Origin: an uncultured Candidatus Brocadia sp.
GTDB taxonomy: Bacteria > Planctomycetota > Brocadiia > Brocadiales > Brocadiaceae
Reading direction: 5' to 3'
Length of the DNA: 32,000 nucleotides
Assembly (NCBI GenBank): GCA_964490485.1
Contig: CAZBCT010000003.1
Span: 35,280 to 67,279, forward strand
The number at the start of each line of letters is the position of its first letter. The first letter of the stretch is position 1. Under the pieces are notes generated by a model. The model was not told where the DNA came from, did no database searches, and saw only the letters and a program-made list of their open reading frames with translations. The position numbers and the translations under genes are program-made. This document shows positions 9,934 through 18,973 of this stretch, piece after piece.

Positions 9934-11211
9934 TTAATCCATTCTGCTTATCACAAGACATGAATTATTTCCATCATAATCCATGGTATTTATTATGACG
10001 TTCCGGATTTCTTTTTTAAAGGGTCTTTCAAGGATAAGATTCAGATTAATCTCCGGGTCTTTGTTGCAGTGATTCATGATGTGAGGTATTTGGCCTGTGT
10101 TTATTGACATGATTGATGAAATGATTTGTGCTGCACCGGCGGTTCCGTACGATTCGCCGATGGTCGATTTTATTGCAGATACCGGAATACGAACATTCCC
10201 TGTGTCGAATAACGATTGGATAGCCTTTGCCTCAACCGCATCCTGCATCTTGCATCCGTTTGCATTAGCGCTGATAAAATCAAGGTCTTCCCTTTTTACT
10301 CCAGAGTCTTCCAGCGCTTCATGCATGGCCTTTTCGGCACGACGCACCCGTATATCCGCCGAATGGTCTTTACCGCCCACGAAGGTATTCCCAAGTCCCT
10401 TTACCTCCGCATAGATATGGGCGCCCCTGTCCAGGGCGTGCTGAAGTTCTTCCAGAATAACCACGCAACTGCCTTCTGCCATGACAAAACCGTTTCTCTC
10501 TTTATCGAAAGGCAGGCTCGCCTCTCTTGTACCATCAAGACCGGACAACAAACCGCGCAGGTAAAATATGAGATACAGATCAATGGATATCTGCTCGACA
10601 CCGCCTGTCACGATTACCTTTGCCATATCGCGCTGGATCATTTTGAATGCATCTCCTATGGCATCGGTGCTTGATGTGAAACCAGCAGAAATGGTGCGCG
10701 CAAGCCCCTTCATCTTAAAGATGACCGATACGTAATTGATGGAAGAGTTTAAAGCCACATCGTAACTGAGCATGGGCGACAATTCGGAGGGATTATTTCG
10801 TATGATTTCATAAAAGTAATCGGTGGTCTCGGAAAAATTTCCCAGCGATGAACCGATGACAATGCCCATTTTCTCCGACAGGGAACCATCCGTCGGGAGC
10901 CTTGCATCGTCAATGGCCATCTTGGAAGCAGACCCCAAAAATCGTGTGCCTTTGTTCAGATACTTTAGACCTTTACTACCAAGGTATATCTCGGGTTTAA
11001 GGTCTCTTACTTCCCCGCCGAGCTTGCATTTATACGGAGAAAGGTCAAGAGAGGCCATCGGCGCAATGCCAGATTTCCCGGCGATAAGATTATCCCAAAA
11101 AACCTCTTTTCCGCATCCAAGAGGGGATACGACACCTAAACCGGTAATAACGACTCGTTTTTTCATTGCACACCCGACAAAACACGGACAAACAAAGTTT
11201 ATCCGTACCAC
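9934..11211 (-). CDS. Beta-ketoacyl-ACP synthase-like protein lacking catalytic residues (chain-length-factor-like)
   Basis: 425 aa, thiolase fold signatures ('RVVITGLGVVSPLG'); active-site Cys position reads 'SAGFTSSTDAIG', His positions read 'NANGCKMQDA' and 'KSTIGESYGTAGAAQ'. Confidence 0.8.
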   Translation of the reverse strand: MVRINFVCPCFVGCAMKKRVVITGLGVVSPLGCGKEVFWDNLIAGKSGIAPMASLDLSPYKCKLGGEVRDLKPEIYLGSKGLKYLNKGTRFLGSASKMAIDDARLPTDGSLSEKMGIVIGSSLGNFSETTDYFYEIIRNNPSELSPMLSYDVALNSSINYVSVIFKMKGLARTISAGFTSSTDAIGDAFKMIQRDMAKVIVTGGVEQISIDLYLIFYLRGLLSGLDGTREASLPFDKERNGFVMAEGSCVVILEELQHALDRGAHIYAEVKGLGNTFVGGKDHSADIRVRRAEKAMHEALEDSGVKREDLDFISANANGCKMQDAVEAKAIQSLFDTGNVRIPVSAIKSTIGESYGTAGAAQIISSIMSINTGQIPHIMNHCNKDPEINLNLILERPFKKEIRNVIINTMDYDGNNSCLVISRMD

Positions 11212-11251
11212 CCAAAAAACCGCTTAAATAAAATGAAAATTCCTCTTTGCT

Positions 11252-11275
11252 GGTTCAATCGTCCTCGATTGAACC
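11252..11275. repeat. Hairpin GGTTCAATCG-TCCT-CGATTGAACC
   Basis: Perfect 10-bp stem in the KAS-like/KAS intergenic region. Confidence 0.75.
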
Positions 11276-11340
11276 GAAACATTTGGTATAATTCCGTCTC
11301 ACTGCACAAGTTCACGCTTTAGAGTAACATTCAAATATAT

Positions 11341-11363
11341 GGTTCAATCTGCAAGATTGAACC
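11341..11363. repeat. Hairpin GGTTCAATCT-GCA-AGATTGAACC
   Basis: Perfect 10-bp stem; shares arm GGTTCAATC/GATTGAACC with 11252-11275. Confidence 0.75.
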
Positions 11364-11407
11364 AGCCTTGAGGTTTGCTTCGTCCATTCGGCAAGCTCAG
11401 GACATGC

Positions 11408-12628
11408 TTAACCCATCCTACTAAATATTGTAGTTGCATTGTTTCCGCCGAAGGCAAAGGAATTATTTAATACGTGATCCACTTTTACCTCGCGCATCAC
11501 ATTGGGTACGTAATCAAGGTCGCATTCCGGATCGGGGGTTTCGTAATTAATCGTCGGAGGAATTACTCCATGTCTCAATATCAGACAGCAGACGACTGAT
11601 TCCACGGCACTCGCTGCGCCCATAAGATGACCAATCATCGATTTGGTGGAACTGCAGGGAATCTTATATGCGTCTTCGCTAAATACGCGTTTTATAGCGG
11701 TTGTCTCGGTCTTGTCATTGTGCGGAGTTCCTGTGCCATGTGCATTGATGTACCCAATTTCCTGGGGAGAAAGCCTTGCCATCTTCAACGCATCGCTCAT
11801 GCACTTCACCGCCCCGTCACCTTCGGGATGGGGTGCGGTCATATGAAATCCATCGCAGCTTAACCCATAACCTGCCAGCTCAGCAATAATCGGTGCCCCG
11901 CGTTTTTTGGCAAATTCGTATCGTTCCATGATCAGTATCCCTGCCCCTTCGCCTATCATGAGTCCCTGGCGGTTTTTGTCGAAGGGTTGACAACGCTCAG
12001 GAGCTAAGGCCTTGAGATTATGAAAGTGGGTAAATTCCGTCTGAGGGATCATGTCACCGCCACCGACCATTACCACGTCAACCTTATTATCCACCAGGAG
12101 GTCATATGCCCAGGAAATGGCGTGATTGCCCGACGAGCAGGCGTTCAGCGAGATCATGGTTGGGCCTTCAAAATCAAAGTATTTAGACAGGACATTGGCG
12201 ATCGAATTGGGTGGGTAAACGGCAGCAACGATTTTATCGAAACCGTTATCTTTTCTCGAGGTGTCTAACCGCAAGAGTCTCTCAAACGGTGTCAATTCGG
12301 CTGCCAAGGTTCCTATGGCAATACCAAATCGCTCCCGGTTGAATTTTTTATCACCTAACAAACCACTTTCTTGCAACGCTTCCCTGGCTGCATAGTAGAC
12401 ATATTTATGGATTGTGTTTTCTTTGATCTGATTTTCTAGTTCAAAGTCCCATTGAAAATTTTTTACTTCGCAGGAACGATGCACCTTATATTTTGAGGTG
12501 TCGAAGGACTTCATTTCGTTGGCGCCGTTCCTGCCCTGGATGAATGATTCCCAGCTTTGTTTAACGCCAATCCCAATAGGTGTGACCAATCCCAATCCTG
12601 TAATTACGACCTTTGACATATATTTCAA
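11408..12628 (-). CDS. Beta-ketoacyl-ACP synthase II-like (FabF family), catalytic residues present
   Basis: 406 aa; 'GPTMISLNACSSGNHAI', 'NAHGTGTPHND', 'STKSMIGHLMGAASAVES', 'NNSFAFGGNNATT'. Confidence 0.85.
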   Translation of the reverse strand: MKYMSKVVITGLGLVTPIGIGVKQSWESFIQGRNGANEMKSFDTSKYKVHRSCEVKNFQWDFELENQIKENTIHKYVYYAAREALQESGLLGDKKFNRERFGIAIGTLAAELTPFERLLRLDTSRKDNGFDKIVAAVYPPNSIANVLSKYFDFEGPTMISLNACSSGNHAISWAYDLLVDNKVDVVMVGGGDMIPQTEFTHFHNLKALAPERCQPFDKNRQGLMIGEGAGILIMERYEFAKKRGAPIIAELAGYGLSCDGFHMTAPHPEGDGAVKCMSDALKMARLSPQEIGYINAHGTGTPHNDKTETTAIKRVFSEDAYKIPCSSTKSMIGHLMGAASAVESVVCCLILRHGVIPPTINYETPDPECDLDYVPNVMREVKVDHVLNNSFAFGGNNATTIFSRMG

Positions 12629-12731
12629 TCTTTAAACAAGAAAGGTCAACTATTCACATTAATTAATCCAACGAATATGTTGACCTTACAAACAATGCTT
12701 AACCCTCCAAAGAAAGGAGGAATTTCCGCTG

Positions 12732-14213
12732 TTAAGACGATGTCTCAATCGGCGTCAATTGTACCTTTTTCCCTGATTTTTTCGATTGTTGATATCGTTT
12801 TAATGCCTCGTCATAGAATCCTGATGTCTGCAATTCTTTGAGATTTTGGATCAGGTGTTGGTAAACGGACTGCCAATCCAGATTGACCCTGAATGCAAAC
12901 ATGGCGGCATTCATGTTATCTTTCAGCACCTCTTTCGCATTTTGGAATCTCTGCCGCAATACCTCGGTGGCATAAATTCTGTCATACAGATATTGAAATC
13001 CATCGATAAGTTCCTGAAGGGACATGTTTTTCAGGACATAGGTGAGATGATGAGACGTGTAATACTTCCAATCCTCCGGAAAGTTTGTCCTGAAAAGCCT
13101 TCCTTCGCCGTTTAACCGGTGATACAGCGGCGTATTAATGAACGGACACAAAATACCGCAGGTCATGATGTCGACATGGGAATCCAGGACAAAATCGGCA
13201 ACCTGCTTAAAGGTATCGGGGGTATCGGCATCATTGCCAAAGACCATGGTCCCCCACACGGCAAGTCCGTGTTTGCGGATATTGGCTATCGCCTCAAAAT
13301 AATTTTCAATGGAGATGCGCAAATTTACGTTCTTGTTCATCGTCTTCAATGCCTCTTCATTGATGGATTCAATCCCAATGAGCATCCCGACGCACCCGCT
13401 TTTTTTCATATATTCAAGGGTTTCATCATCTTTATAGATATTGAGCGAGGTAAACCCGAACCAGTTCTGGTAAATACCCCTTTCCACCATACCCTTGAAA
13501 AGGTCCCGAACACGCTCATTAGACTTTTTGCTGTGTCCGTAAAAATTTTCATCTGTCAGGATCAAACCGCGATATTGACCCTTGATGGATTCGAATTCAT
13601 CAAGGACGTCTTCAATAGGTCTTTCACGATATTTCCTGCCCTGAAACTGAGGCACAGAGCAGAACTCACAGCTAAACGGGCATCCGGCGGTAGTTATAAT
13701 GCCTGAATACCGGTATTTATATTTATCCTTCAAATATTTTCTATCAGGCCGCAACCCCTGATACAACTCCATGGGCGTCAGGACGCCGTCGTATCTTTTC
13801 TGGAGACACCCTTTTTCAAAATCACCAACGATTTTTTCCCAGGTAGTAACAGCTTCCCTCGTAACGACGCAGTCCACATATTTTGCCGCCTCTTCCGGAT
13901 AACTCGTTGCGTGAATACCGCCCATGATTACCGGTATGCCCCGCTTCCGGCAGGCAGTAGCTATCTGATAAGCCCGGTGGGCCTGATAACTTACCGACGT
14001 GATACCGACCAGGTCGGCTCCACCAAAGGTAATATTTCCTGTATTTTCGTCAAGTGCAAGTTCCTGGGTTTCATCGATGATATCGACTTGCCAGTGTTTT
14101 GGAGTCAATACCTTCAGATAGCCGAGATTTACCGGCATTTGATTTAATACGGAGACATTCTCCTCGCCAACATTTCCAATCGGATGTGGATTGATTAATA
14201 CAAGTCTTTTCAT
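12732..14213 (-). CDS. B12-binding-domain radical SAM protein
   Basis: 493 aa; N-terminal cobalamin-binding-like domain 'ADLVGITSVSYQAHRAYQIA...GGIHAT', radical SAM 'TAGCPFSCEFCSVPQFQGRKYRERP'. Confidence 0.85.
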   Translation of the reverse strand: MKRLVLINPHPIGNVGEENVSVLNQMPVNLGYLKVLTPKHWQVDIIDETQELALDENTGNITFGGADLVGITSVSYQAHRAYQIATACRKRGIPVIMGGIHATSYPEEAAKYVDCVVTREAVTTWEKIVGDFEKGCLQKRYDGVLTPMELYQGLRPDRKYLKDKYKYRYSGIITTAGCPFSCEFCSVPQFQGRKYRERPIEDVLDEFESIKGQYRGLILTDENFYGHSKKSNERVRDLFKGMVERGIYQNWFGFTSLNIYKDDETLEYMKKSGCVGMLIGIESINEEALKTMNKNVNLRISIENYFEAIANIRKHGLAVWGTMVFGNDADTPDTFKQVADFVLDSHVDIMTCGILCPFINTPLYHRLNGEGRLFRTNFPEDWKYYTSHHLTYVLKNMSLQELIDGFQYLYDRIYATEVLRQRFQNAKEVLKDNMNAAMFAFRVNLDWQSVYQHLIQNLKELQTSGFYDEALKRYQQSKKSGKKVQLTPIETSS

Positions 14214-14596
14214 GAACCTTCCTCTTTTTTGGGCACCAATAATACCTGGGCAATGGCATAGTCCTGGCAGTGGGATAAGGATACAGAAATATTATCAATA
14301 TGTTTCTTATCTGCCATTTCTTTTACACTTCCATACAGATTCAAATAGGGCCTGCCCATTTCGTCATTTAAGAGTTCAATATCCGTCCATTTCATTTTAC
14401 CGACCCAGCCAGTCCCCAGCGCCTTGAACAGGGCCTCTTTTGAGGCGAAACGAGCTGCAAAATGCTGATATTTGTTCTTCCTTTGTTTGCAGTATTCCAC
14501 CTCTTTTTCTGTATAAATCCTTCGCAAGAAATCCTCATTGGCGGAGAACAATTTTTCAATCCGTTTTATTTCTATAATATCAATACCAACATACAT
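14210..14596 (-). CDS. acpS: Holo-[acyl-carrier-protein] synthase
   Basis: 128 aa; 'GIDIIEIKRIEKL', 'FAARFASKEALFKALGTG', 'ISVSLSHCQDYAIAQVLL'; ATGA-type overlap with the downstream radical SAM gene. Confidence 0.9.
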   Translation of the reverse strand: MYVGIDIIEIKRIEKLFSANEDFLRRIYTEKEVEYCKQRKNKYQHFAARFASKEALFKALGTGWVGKMKWTDIELLNDEMGRPYLNLYGSVKEMADKKHIDNISVSLSHCQDYAIAQVLLVPKKEEGS

Positions 14597-15149
14597 AAAT
14601 GATACCCAGTGTCTGGCAATTTCAGTTATTGTAACTACTTACATCATAAGTATCTATTTGGAGAAAAGAGCATTTTACAGGGTTGCAAAATTAATGTCAA
14701 CGACAATTTACCACCCGACAATTGCCATATAACGGACAAGGGGAGAAGGTTTGCCACCTGTTTACAGGTATAGGTAAATTCTGAATTGTTTTGAATTCTC
14801 CATAATCGCAGGGAAAGGAACTCGACGAGAATGCAAGAGAAGTCTGGAGAATTTCGACAACAAACTTCGTTCAATACCGAAAAAAAAACCTTAATGCAAA
14901 AACAGGAAACAGCTCACCCCTCTGGAGTGAAAGAAATAAATAAATTCATAGGGATATTTTTAAGAGATAGCCCGACTTTCGTAATTCGCACTCAAAAACG
15001 GTTGTTTTTGGGCAGGTATTGCCGGAAACCGTCGATTTTCAAGGGATGAATTTCTAAAAACGACTTGTAGTGCCAACCTTTTTATATGGTTCCTTGAATA
15101 TGCTGGCTTAGCGGCTTGCCTACCCTTCGAATTTTGAAGATTGGGTTAG

Positions 15150-15996
15150 CGTCACCTTGCAACCCGCGATGCCCGGGCGGAAATGCTGTAAAATAAGCTG
15201 CCAAGAGGTTCCGCTGAAAAGCCAAGCATCTTGTCGTAACTCTTCATCCGGCAGCAATCAGCCAAGCTTGCAAACTTCGCGATGAGGCAATCACTGCCGC
15301 AGGGCTTCGCAAGGCGCTATCGGTATTATTGGTGGCCGAGCCAGGTCTTGATGCGGAAAAGACAGCAGAGGTCCTCGGAACAAGCCGCCGAACAATTTTT
15401 CGCAAACGAGAGGAATTTCGCCATCAAGATGATGCATCGAGAAATTCTTGGGGTGGGGGTGGGCGTCGCCGTTTCTCTCTATCTATAGGGGAGGAACGGG
15501 AATTCCTTTCAGCATGGGAAGCAGCGGCAACAGCAGGTGGTGTTCTTTCTGTGCCTGCTGGGCGCCATCGCCCCACAGGCCAGTGGTTAGTCTTGCCCTG
15601 GTACGGGAGTTTAGGTATGAGTATGCAGCGGTAAGTCCGTGGGACGGAGAGATTGATCGTATGACAAGAGAAAAGATGAATACTGAAAGTATGAGTTGTT
15701 TTCTAAAACAGGTAAGTAAGGCACATCCGAATGAGTTTGATGTTATGATTGTTGATGGTGCGTCATCCCATAAAGGCAAAGAACGTAAAATTCCAAAAAA
15801 CATGGCGCTGGTGTTTTTGCCGTCATATCCTCCTGAATTGAGCCAGGCAGAGCAGATATGGAATATACTTCGGCGCGACTATTTTGCTAACAGGGTATTT
15901 GATTCTCTGGATGCAGCGACAGGGCAGGCAAAGCGGGGATTTACTATTATGGTGAAAAACAAAGAGGCAGTAAGAAATTTGACAAATTGGCATTGA
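15150..15996 (+). pseudogene. Degenerate IS630-family transposase (frameshifted over several ORFs)
   Basis: 'DEAITAAGLRKALSVLLVAEPGLDAEKTAEVLGTSRRTIFRKREEF' HTH part in one frame; 'VMIVDGASSHKGKERKIPKNMALVFLPSYPPELSQAEQIWNILRRDYFANRVFDSLDAAT' DDE part in another. Confidence 0.8.
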
Positions 15997-16270
15997 ATTG
16001 GCGACATCTTGATTGCATAATGGAATAAGATGCATTCAAATGAATACTAACAATCCAGTCGAAGCCTGCTATCCCAGCGACTTTTTTCTCGTCATTTTCC
16101 AGTGTCACCAAAGTGTCCATCCGTATGTCCTCAACTGCAGCCATACTATCAAACACTTTGTTCGCAAACCACTTCTCGCATATCTCATCCCAGAGATGTT
16201 CCACCGGATTGCATTGTGGGCTATAAGCGGGCAACCAAACCAACCGCATGTTTTGAGGGATTTTCACTAC
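15990..16270 (-). pseudogene. Truncated IS630-family transposase C-terminal fragment
   Basis: 'MRLVWLPAYSPQCNPVEHLWDEICEKWFANKVFDSMAAVEDIRMDTL...GFDWI' on the minus strand; N-terminal portion missing. Confidence 0.8.
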
Positions 16271-16448
16271 GTTTACTCTTTTTACCAGGATGACTACGAG
16301 ATCTTTTCAATCCTCTTGTCATACGCATCTGTCGCCTATCTCGCTCTTCACGTTGATCGTGTTGCCCATCATTTCACAGAAGCTTTTGGTCATAGCAAGC
16401 CCAATCCCGCGCCACGATATTTGCTGTGCAATCAAACCCGATGTTGTA

Positions 16449-16658
16449 TCAGTGTGTTGGTGTAATTCTTTCGATTTCATCGCCGTGCGGCGTGGTCAGA
16501 TGGACACGAATAGGCACGCCGGAAGCAGCTGCGGTCTGCAGTTCTCGCAGCGCAACCTCGTGCGTAGGGTTGTGGTGCAACAACCGGTAGATACGCGCAC
16601 TTTCAAAAAACATTACTTCGGTGTGACCCTTGGCTTCGCGCACGCGCGCGACAGTCAT
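16449..16658 (-). CDS. Small protein homologous to the N-terminal (propeptide-like) domain of the adjacent protein-glutaminase-like protein
   Basis: ORF 16449..16718; conservative start MTVARVREAKG. 'TEVMFFESARIYRLLHHN..HEVALRELQTAAASGVPIRVHLTTPHGDEIERI' aligns with 'TEILFHERQRIYTLSARTVKDEQILYRLQEALKKQQPVKVSLNLRRGEIERT' of the neighbour. Exact start uncertain. Confidence 0.65.
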   Translation of the reverse strand: MTVARVREAKGHTEVMFFESARIYRLLHHNPTHEVALRELQTAAASGVPIRVHLTTPHGDEIERITPTH

Positions 16659-16695
16659 CCATCGCTCGCAACTGTCTTCTTTGATCAAGTTACCC

Positions 16696-17649
16696 TCAAC
16701 AAGTGGCCAAATTGGCATAATTGATCAGGGTGGCCTCGGTGCTAACGTAGTTCGGATCGGTACTGAATCCCCCGCCATAGGACGGTGCGTACGCTGTGCC
16801 TGGCTGTATCGAGTAACTAGTAACGTGTGCATTGGCATGACAGTTCTTATTCTCCTGCGCCGCAAGCCAAGTACTAAGTAACACCGGTTTATCGAACATG
16901 CCGGGGTCGATTACCATCGCCAGCGTCAGCTTGACCGACGGCAAGCTTCTCGGTAATTTAAGCTGAAGCCGCACACGCAGCAACGGAGCTACATGGTACC
17001 ACCAGGTTACACAACAACCGCCCCATTTGTCCGCCTTTACCGCCAGCTTGTCGTTGTTAGCGGTGGCGAAGCTGAACACCTTCTCAACACAATAACCCCA
17101 TCGCTTCAGGATAATTCGCCGCATCTGGTGTGCGCGTGCATAGCAACCATCGCGCACATACTGGAACGGAATGCACGGCGGTTCTGCAGGTGGACCGGCG
17201 AGGTGACACGAAAGTTTCGCACAGAAATCGAAAATCTCCTTAGCCTTCGCGTAGTTTGGTACGATCTTCTCGCACAGCTTAAATACTGGCCACTTCAGGT
17301 ATAGGTCGGCTAAATTGAAGGTTATCGGGTCGATCTTCTCTAGCTCAATCGGCACAATTTTTTGGGGCTTCTCAAGGGGTAGGCGCTCACGTACGAGGAT
17401 TTCAAGTTCCTTTACGGACGGTTCGGACGTGCGCTCGATTTCTCCACGCCGTAGGTTTAAGCTGACCTTGACCGGCTGCTGCTTTTTGAGCGCTTCTTGC
17501 AGCCGATATAGGATTTGCTCGTCTTTGACTGTCCGTGCACTCAGCGTGTATATACGCTGTCTCTCGTGGAATAGAATCTCCGTTACTGCCCCTTTAGTAC
17601 TACGAATTGCGGCAACGGTTAAAATGTCCGATTCACGCTGGGTAGCCAT
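16696..17649 (-). CDS. Protein-glutamine glutaminase (protein deamidase)-like protein with N-terminal propeptide-like domain
   Basis: 317 aa; 'IPFQYVRDGCYARAHQMRRIILKRWGYCVEKVFSF', 'GGCCVTWWYHVAPLL', 'LTLAMVIDPGMFDKPV' match Chryseobacterium-type protein glutaminase motifs (Cys-His-Asp triad); Shine-Dalgarno GGGAGGT 5 nt before ATG; no signal peptide. Confidence 0.8.
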   Translation of the reverse strand: MATQRESDILTVAAIRSTKGAVTEILFHERQRIYTLSARTVKDEQILYRLQEALKKQQPVKVSLNLRRGEIERTSEPSVKELEILVRERLPLEKPQKIVPIELEKIDPITFNLADLYLKWPVFKLCEKIVPNYAKAKEIFDFCAKLSCHLAGPPAEPPCIPFQYVRDGCYARAHQMRRIILKRWGYCVEKVFSFATANNDKLAVKADKWGGCCVTWWYHVAPLLRVRLQLKLPRSLPSVKLTLAMVIDPGMFDKPVLLSTWLAAQENKNCHANAHVTSYSIQPGTAYAPSYGGGFSTDPNYVSTEATLINYANLATC

Positions 17650-17797
17650 GTCTTACCTCCCCTCGAATAAATGATAGGAATTTGCTTTTTTAGCTTCGAA
17701 AAGTATTTAATCCAAAAGCGAAAAAGATGTCAAGGTTTTTAATTCATTGATGCTACCATTTTGAAATATTAATAGTTACACAAATGTTGCGCATAAA

Positions 17798-17926
17798 ATA
17801 TAACACGGGTGTCACCTGCGCGAAAGGGAAAGAGTACTGAACGTTCCGAAAGCACAAAACTTGAAAAATGCACTGAACTCTGAAATTACGCTACTGCTTT
17901 TGCATCAGGTGGACGCATTGTTAGAT
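17798..17926 (-). other. attC-like site (cassette 4 of the array)
   Basis: Minus strand: ATCTAACAATGCGTCCACCTG ... CAGGTGACACCCGTGTTATAT; CCACCTG/CAGGTG arms with an extrahelical C. Confidence 0.7.
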
Positions 17927-18144
17927 GCTGCTGTTTGTACGGTTTTTGAAGGTAAAGATTTGATTGGATGTCCGTACTTCTGGCCGTACTCCTTTTCTTT
18001 CTTTTTTAAATCTGCACAAATCGCGCGCAAGTCAAAATTGAATCGCTGGGCATGTTTCTTGCGGGCTTCACGTACTTCTTCTACTATTGGGTCTTTCATC
18101 GTCATTCTCCTAATAACTCTTCTGGTGAACATATTGTTGGACAC
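17905..18144 (-). CDS. Small hydrophilic protein, putative antitoxin partner of the PIN protein
   Basis: 79 aa, likely start at MTMKDPIVEEVREARKKHAQRFNFDLRAICADLKKKEKEYG; overlaps the PIN gene 3' end. Confidence 0.6.
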   Translation of the reverse strand: MSNNMFTRRVIRRMTMKDPIVEEVREARKKHAQRFNFDLRAICADLKKKEKEYGQKYGHPIKSLPSKTVQTAASNNAST

Positions 18145-18575
18145 TGATACCCTTCGGCTTCAACCAGCGATATTATCTTTGCTTTCATTTGAGCGTTGTT
18201 TATATGTGTAAAGTTCCACGTCAAAAGATAGTCCATCCCGTTTATGGTTGCCACGGCAATATGAAGTGCATCTTCGGGGTACTGCTTCGGTATTGGCCCA
18301 TCTTTTATTAATAGCGAAGCTAAATGTTCTGCTTCATTGCTTATGGACAGAACGGGTATCTTCGAAATCGCTGATAATCTCTTCTGGGCCGCTTCGGCAT
18401 CCCCATACTCGGCTTCTTGAACAACCAATGCGGAGATATGCGGCTCAAATATCTTGAGAATCTCAGGCCATTTCTCTCGAGTAATCTCCTGACGTCCGGC
18501 TATAACCAAATCTCTGCTTGGTTTCGACGTGTAGTAGCTTACTACGCTCGTTTCGATGTAAACCGTTTCTTTCAT
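18102..18575 (-). CDS. PIN-domain (VapC-like) ribonuclease toxin-type protein
   Basis: 157 aa; 'VYIETSVVSYYTSKPSRDLV', 'EDALHIAVATINGMDYLLTWNFTHI'. Confidence 0.8.
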   Translation of the reverse strand: MKETVYIETSVVSYYTSKPSRDLVIAGRQEITREKWPEILKIFEPHISALVVQEAEYGDAEAAQKRLSAISKIPVLSISNEAEHLASLLIKDGPIPKQYPEDALHIAVATINGMDYLLTWNFTHINNAQMKAKIISLVEAEGYQCPTICSPEELLGE

Positions 18576-18607
18576 ACATCCTTTGGTTTAAGAATCTGTT
18601 TCTACAC

Positions 18608-18677
18608 AGTTAACGAGAAAGCTCACTGGCGGCAATGGAGCACAGCGGAATTGCCGTCTGGTACAGCGTTGTTAGGT
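18608..18677 (-). other. attC-like site (cassette 3)
   Basis: Minus strand ACCTAACAACGCTGTACCAGACGGCAATTCCGCTGTGCTCCATTGCCGCCAGTGAGCTTTCTCGTTAACT; stop codon TAA of the upstream gene is in ACCTAAC. Confidence 0.75.
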
Positions 18678-18968
18678 TTTGATTCTGTTAATCCAATACA
18701 TTGGTTCACGGTGTAAGTGTGCAATAGCAATAACATAAATATGGCCTTTTTCAATAGAGTATAATACTTTGTAAGGAAACTTATGAAGAATATACCTTCT
18801 AATATTTTCACTTTCCTGAGAACCAATTCCTGGCATTTTTTTGATAATATTAATGGCTCTTTTGACTTCTTGTTCAAATCTTTTTCCCAAACCTGTTACT
18901 TCAATTTCATAATATTCTTTTCCATCATCAAATTCTTTTTTAGCCAATTCGTCGAATATCACTCTCAT
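18672..18968 (-). CDS. RelE/ParE-family toxin
   Basis: 98 aa; 'YYEIEVTGLGKRFEQEVKRAINIIKKMPG', 'RRYILHKFPYKVLYSIEKGHIYVIAIAHLHREPMYW'. Confidence 0.85.
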   Translation of the reverse strand: MRVIFDELAKKEFDDGKEYYEIEVTGLGKRFEQEVKRAINIIKKMPGIGSQESENIRRYILHKFPYKVLYSIEKGHIYVIAIAHLHREPMYWINRIKT

Positions 18969-18973
18969 AAAGC

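Noticed and set aside
12020-13706. Plus-strand ORFs opposite the radical SAM and KAS genes
   Set aside because: They are antisense shadows of clearly conserved minus-strand genes and have no recognisable family content.
14600-15140. Gap after acpS as a tRNA/ncRNA locus
   Set aside because: No cloverleaf, CCA end or recognisable RNA structure was found; short ORF 14831..15049 has no family support.
16290-16724. 144-aa plus-strand ORF
   Set aside because: Antisense to the propeptide-like ORF and the deamidase 3' end, with no recognisable features.
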